A stretch of 64,000 nt of DNA from contig OZ241986.1 of NCBI GenBank assembly GCA_965204375.1, forward strand, positions 3,872,001 to 3,936,000. Reading direction: 5' to 3'. The notes beneath the pieces were generated by a model. That model saw only the letters and a program-made list of their open reading frames with translations, ran no database searches and was not told the DNA's origin. The number at the start of each line of letters is the position of its first letter. The first letter of the stretch is position 1. Made by a program: the position numbers and the translations under genes. Positions 59,864 to 64,000 of the stretch are shown piece by piece. The DNA is from Candidatus Latescibacterota bacterium. GTDB lineage: Bacteria > Latescibacterota > UBA2968.

Positions 59864-62205
59864 TAATTGTTCTCCTCTTTGGTCTCTTTGAGATCCTTCT
59901 CCGCATCGCGCCGGTGCGCGTGTAGTGCGGCATTCATGATCGCAGCGATGGCGTAAAGTTTTAGTGTGTCGTCTTTTTTTATGTCGTCGAGCGAACGGGT
60001 CAGTGCTGAAGGTGCATCGCTGAATTTGTCTGTTTTGGAGCCGAAACAAGAGAATGGATCATCGAGAATTTTTTCAACCTTCTCAGCTGCGTTTTCCCAC
60101 CCTTCCGGTTTGCTCCCAAGCCAATCGCGAACGGTTTTGATATCCTTTTTTGTGCGCGGGCCGTTCAGCAACGCACGCATCTTGCCCAGTTGGGACGCTG
60201 TCGGCTCCGCGGATGTCCATCCCAGAATACTCTCGCGGTCTTGATCGGTTGCTGTAACTTCCTCAGCACGGGCGCGGATATAGGTTTTCCACGCTTCAGT
60301 CTCAATAGCGCGAGCGAAATCGAGAACTTCCTCGTTCAATTTGACAGGATCGTCTATGCGACTAACTTCTTTTTCTTTTTTCTCACTGACGAATTTCAAG
60401 GAAAAGGAACTGTTACCTGTTACTTCGGATGCATTCACGCGAATTTGCCCGAACCCTTCGGCGATGCGCTCGCCCGCACCAAAGCGTTCCAACGATTGTA
60501 GCTCCTTGGAAGTAAATTTTTTACCGTCGGTTCGTTCAATGAACACCACAGAACCCGCGCGAACCAGAGTCAGCGAAGGACGCGGCAACCCCCATTGACG
60601 ATGCCAGCTATCGTGGCGACGGGTACGCATCCAACTGTGCGTGACCTTCACTCCACAACCTATCGTTTTTTGCAAAGCCGAGGCAATCTGGTCCTGCAGG
60701 CTCAGCAGTTTACCAGAGCCGAGAGGCAGTGAGAGACAAAAATCTGAGATCAACCACAACACGGCCTTTTTGCAGGCTACCTGTTGAGCATTAACCGACA
60801 TTACCTCACCTGCATTGAGCCACACATCGCCATAGCCGCGGCCCGTCACAGCTCCGATGCGTGCTCTACCGGCTACTTTTTCCCGGAATTTGCAGACCTT
60901 ATCGTCTCCGAGACCCTTCGGTAGCCGCACGACGCTCGCCAGTTTTTCGCCAGCACAAAGAGCCTCATAGGTGTAAACACCGCCGACATCCTCATTTGGC
61001 TTCTGCTTGACGTCATCCACCGTATTGTGGGTACGCACCACATGACTAACGCTACGGATCATGCCGTTAGCGACCACTTCTCCACCCCTGGGGTGCTGCA
61101 TTTGGGTCGCGTCATTATTCTCAGCCTTTAGTGGAGCATTCTTTACGCAACGTGTGCCTTGCGTCGCTTCCTCCTTCTTCCAATGCCACCGCATGGGCAT
61201 CGGCAACCCCCGTTCCTCTCCAATCACGGCGTAGGCAGGTGCCACAGACACATCACCTGAAGTGATCCATTGGGTCACTTGCTTCGCATCGACACCAGCG
61301 TCGCGAAGCGCACGGTGAACAATCGGCAGAACCATCGTCCCCGGAATGTGGTCGAGACAGGTGGTCACGTTGCCAAGCCGCTGGTCCATGATGAGTAATG
61401 GCGAGCGGACTTCGATGAATAGTGGAATGTCAACGAAGTCACCCTTACAGCGGTTGCTAAAGGAAACCTGATCCGTTGATTGGTGGGTCAATGACGACAC
61501 TGTTGGAGCCGATTTGCACGTCCGGCAAGAGAGAAACTTCAGTGCTTCCTCACTGGAACAGATTTCGGTTCCCTCAACATCGGAAACCTGCACCTCGCAA
61601 CACCCCAAACCACGTCGTCGTCCGCCGCCAATTCGCTCCAGAAGGCGCAGTGACGCGAAGGCGAAGACAACAAAGGTGTCAATATCGGTCGAATCTATAT
61701 CCGTCTTGTCAATGGTGGCCTGGGTAGTCAGGATTGCACCGGACCGAGATACTTCCTGGAAGCGAAGCATGTCAGACATTGCTGTACCGCTACGAGGATC
61801 AATACGCACACCGGGTTTGACAAAGGTCAATGCCTCGCGCAAAGACATGCGGGCTGGCCCGACAAATGCTTCGCGCAGTTTCCCGGGAAATCGAAGATCG
61901 CCCAACGATAAACGAGATGGGATCGGCTCCTGTCGGCTATTTTCGATGGCAGGCTGACTGCCGAACAAAGCGGTGACGAGGTGATCCCACTTACCGTTCT
62001 TACCTGCGGCCTGGTTGAGGCCATAGGCAAGTTGCTCGGCTGCATCGCGCCACATTGCAGCGACAGTAGAAGAGGGTGCATAAGGTAGATCATCCGGGTC
62101 GCGCAGGACAAGGCTATCTACAGATCCTTGACGCCCAACGCCGGAGCCGATATGCCAATCGCTGGTCATGGTCAGCGTGATGTTGAATGTGATTTTGTGG
62201 TTCAC
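59863..62205 (-). CDS. csx10: Cas7-Cas5(Csx10)-Cas11 fusion
   Basis: SDWHIGSG..D..IGGGRRRGLG (Cas7); DHIPGT..GRGYG..AGSV..GERIAEGFG (Cas5); helical end with SQLGKMR (Cas11-like). Confidence 0.85.
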   Translation of the reverse strand: MNHKITFNITLTMTSDWHIGSGVGRQGSVDSLVLRDPDDLPYAPSSTVAAMWRDAAEQLAYGLNQAAGKNGKWDHLVTALFGSQPAIENSRQEPIPSRLSLGDLRFPGKLREAFVGPARMSLREALTFVKPGVRIDPRSGTAMSDMLRFQEVSRSGAILTTQATIDKTDIDSTDIDTFVVFAFASLRLLERIGGGRRRGLGCCEVQVSDVEGTEICSSEEALKFLSCRTCKSAPTVSSLTHQSTDQVSFSNRCKGDFVDIPLFIEVRSPLLIMDQRLGNVTTCLDHIPGTMVLPIVHRALRDAGVDAKQVTQWITSGDVSVAPAYAVIGEERGLPMPMRWHWKKEEATQGTRCVKNAPLKAENNDATQMQHPRGGEVVANGMIRSVSHVVRTHNTVDDVKQKPNEDVGGVYTYEALCAGEKLASVVRLPKGLGDDKVCKFREKVAGRARIGAVTGRGYGDVWLNAGEVMSVNAQQVACKKAVLWLISDFCLSLPLGSGKLLSLQDQIASALQKTIGCGVKVTHSWMRTRRHDSWHRQWGLPRPSLTLVRAGSVVFIERTDGKKFTSKELQSLERFGAGERIAEGFGQIRVNASEVTGNSSFSLKFVSEKKEKEVSRIDDPVKLNEEVLDFARAIETEAWKTYIRARAEEVTATDQDRESILGWTSAEPTASQLGKMRALLNGPRTKKDIKTVRDWLGSKPEGWENAAEKVEKILDDPFSCFGSKTDKFSDAPSALTRSLDDIKKDDTLKLYAIAAIMNAALHAHRRDAEKDLKETKEENN

Positions 62206-63836
62206 GATGAGACTCCTGAATCGAGATCGACAAGTTCTAAGGCGTCAAGCAGACGGCATATACAATTGTTTGCTTCTTCGTCTTCGGGAAAAAATAGAGA
62301 TTCATCACAAGTGATCGCTGGCCAACGGAATTCATCGTACCGATGTTTGATCAACCCGAGCTGTCGATTTGCAGCATCTGCTCCGCGAAATAATGCCGCA
62401 CGCAGGGCATATTGTTGGCTTCGAGGAAATTTGTCATCCTCCTCCAGGTGCTCAGCAGCTTTCGTCAGATCGCACCAGATGCGGTTTTTTGCCCAAGCAT
62501 CTTCCCGGTCACCTTCTTCCCCCAGGACGTATGGCCGACCTGTTAAATTGTGAGTCTCTGTCAATGTCCACCGCTCACGGAGATCGTCGAGGGATGTTTC
62601 TGCGCCATCGAACAGGACGTGAAAATCCAGCGCACATCGGGAAACATCGAGCCTGGACTTGACCTTTTTGGCTTGCTTGATCAGTTGTTCTGACAATTCG
62701 TAGCCGCGGTGAAACGGATAATGTGGTTTGGTGATCGCAACACCTGCCGCAGCACCGAGTTTTTCCCAATTTTTTTCTTTAAGAATTTCCGGAATGATCG
62801 AGGATTGGCAAAGCACTTGTTTTTTCTGTGTCTGCTCCTGAAACGCCTTGAGATAGGTAGCGGCGAAATCTACAGCGATGCGCCCATCACAGAGAACCGT
62901 CAGATCATCTCCGCCCAGAACCAACGGGATGAGTGGAATAAGATCTTCCTGGTGCGGCCAGGTCTTATCCAGTGCTTCCTGAAAGGCGGCGACCCCACAA
63001 AGATCAAGAGACAGAGAAAATTTGCGGTAAGCATCGAAGTAGCCATCCAGTGTTTCTTCGCCGCAGATATCCCCGAATTTAAGAAAAAGCTGTCCCACCC
63101 CATTACCATCGGCATGGACGATACCAAGCCAGTCGTACCCACGTTTTTCCAGTTCCTCAATTTTCTGAAAAATATCAACATTTGTGCCAATCTGCATCTT
63201 AATGCGCTCTGCTGCTGTCTCACGCACATCCCATTTCGCGATCGTCACATCGGAATAGGGATGCTCATCTTCGCCCAGCTTCTTCACCCTGACCGCAGGT
63301 AGCCCGGAGCTTGCACAGGGTTCAAGAATCGGCAATGTAGGGAACCGCGCTTCGGGTGCTGGCAAATGGTTGCGAATCGCTTCAATTTTCTGGTGAACGT
63401 CACTGACCGCTTTGTTTGCTGCGTCAACCGTGTCGCCACAGATTGGCACAACAGCACCGCGAAGGACCAGTCCCGGTGCTTCTTTAACTGCCTTTTGGGT
63501 AGCGAATGCGATCAAATTTTCTGCGACTTCTTTTTTTGTACTCAGGAATAATGCTTTGCCCGATGTCGCAACGACGATTTCAACAGCCGCACCATTAGCT
63601 ATGCGAGGTGCCGTTGCCATCGCCTCCGCGTGGGAAGCGGGCCCCTTCCGTGCCTCTTTAAGCAAGTCCTTAAAGTCCGTGCTGTTCGTCACGGCCGCCG
63701 CTGCTTCGTAAGTGTATGCCACGCCCGCATCCCATACACGTTGCGATGCCCCGACATTTTCCCGCAGCCTGTTGGTCGCGAAGATATAAGCCTGATTACC
63801 GGCGGTTTCGAGAATACCCAGATACTTAGTGCTCAA
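62202..63836 (-). CDS. cas10: Cas10 lacking HD nuclease domain, intact GGDD cyclase
   Basis: NQAYIFATNRLRENVGAS, HADGNGVG, LGGDDL, AK; 544 aa. Confidence 0.95.
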   Translation of the reverse strand: MSTKYLGILETAGNQAYIFATNRLRENVGASQRVWDAGVAYTYEAAAAVTNSTDFKDLLKEARKGPASHAEAMATAPRIANGAAVEIVVATSGKALFLSTKKEVAENLIAFATQKAVKEAPGLVLRGAVVPICGDTVDAANKAVSDVHQKIEAIRNHLPAPEARFPTLPILEPCASSGLPAVRVKKLGEDEHPYSDVTIAKWDVRETAAERIKMQIGTNVDIFQKIEELEKRGYDWLGIVHADGNGVGQLFLKFGDICGEETLDGYFDAYRKFSLSLDLCGVAAFQEALDKTWPHQEDLIPLIPLVLGGDDLTVLCDGRIAVDFAATYLKAFQEQTQKKQVLCQSSIIPEILKEKNWEKLGAAAGVAITKPHYPFHRGYELSEQLIKQAKKVKSRLDVSRCALDFHVLFDGAETSLDDLRERWTLTETHNLTGRPYVLGEEGDREDAWAKNRIWCDLTKAAEHLEEDDKFPRSQQYALRAALFRGADAANRQLGLIKHRYDEFRWPAITCDESLFFPEDEEANNCICRLLDALELVDLDSGVSS

Positions 63837-63868
63837 TGTAGCTCCCTTTGTATATTTTCAATCCACAG

Positions 63869-64000
63869 TCACGTCCGCTTTGCGTCAAGCCAGTGAGACT
63901 CGCCTTTCATATACGGGTCTCTATCTTGTTCATGCGGAGGGCGGCGATCAATAAGTGCGAAGCGGCGTACCGGGCGACCCAGCTTTTGGGCTTCTTCAAC
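63869..64000 (-). CDS. 3' end of a CRISPR-associated gene, possibly CARF/ring-nuclease-like (truncated by window edge)
   Basis: Own translation VEEAQKLGRPVRRFALIDRRPPHEQDRDPYMKGESHWLDAKRT*, 32 nt upstream of cas10. Confidence 0.45.
   Translation of the reverse strand, partial: VEEAQKLGRPVRRFALIDRRPPHEQDRDPYMKGESHWLDAKRT

Noticed and set aside
52400-64000. CRISPR array near the cas operon
   Set aside because: No regularly spaced repeats with unique spacers; the only repeat is a two-copy gene tail 2.2 kb apart

Overview
Bacterial DNA whose gene content (four PhyH dioxygenases, a sulfatase, ankyrin, LRR, WD40, YWTD and FN3 repeat proteins, dockerin-like EF-hand modules) suggests a sponge-symbiont-type genome; this origin is inferred, not shown. 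All family calls are motif-based, with no database searches run. (1) 1-8.4 kb: a sulfatase/PhyH catabolic cluster, then a small toxin island in which a HEPN-type protein ends in a Doc-antitoxin-like tail and is coupled to doc. (2) 8.7-29.7 kb: housekeeping and envelope genes (GT2, TonB-ExbB-ExbD, ECF sigma/anti-sigma, RND pump with RGG-rich partners, FN3 lipoprotein, sigma54 activator, thrC, hpnCDE). (3) 29.9-52.4 kb: a co-oriented minus-strand plastic array of eukaryote-like repeat genes, gene fragments and a 1.9-kb duplication. It is punctuated by three families of repeated non-coding elements (terminator+promoter module, riboswitch-like leader, antisense-oriented small RNA) and holds a four-gene Zorya-like membrane stator/vWA operon. 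(4) 52.5-64 kb: a type III-Dv-like CRISPR-Cas effector operon (HD-less Cas10, Cas7-Cas5-Cas11, Cas7x2, Csx19, and Cas7-insertion fused to a cold-shock domain). It carries a CARF-adenosine deaminase (Cad1/CAAD-type) effector plus relics of RelE-like genes and of a second cas10. No CRISPR array, cas1, cas2 or cas6 is seen in the window. The best candidates for undescribed systems are the Zorya-like operon, the HEPN-antitoxin/Doc pair, the Cas7-CSD fusion and the structured RNA leaders.
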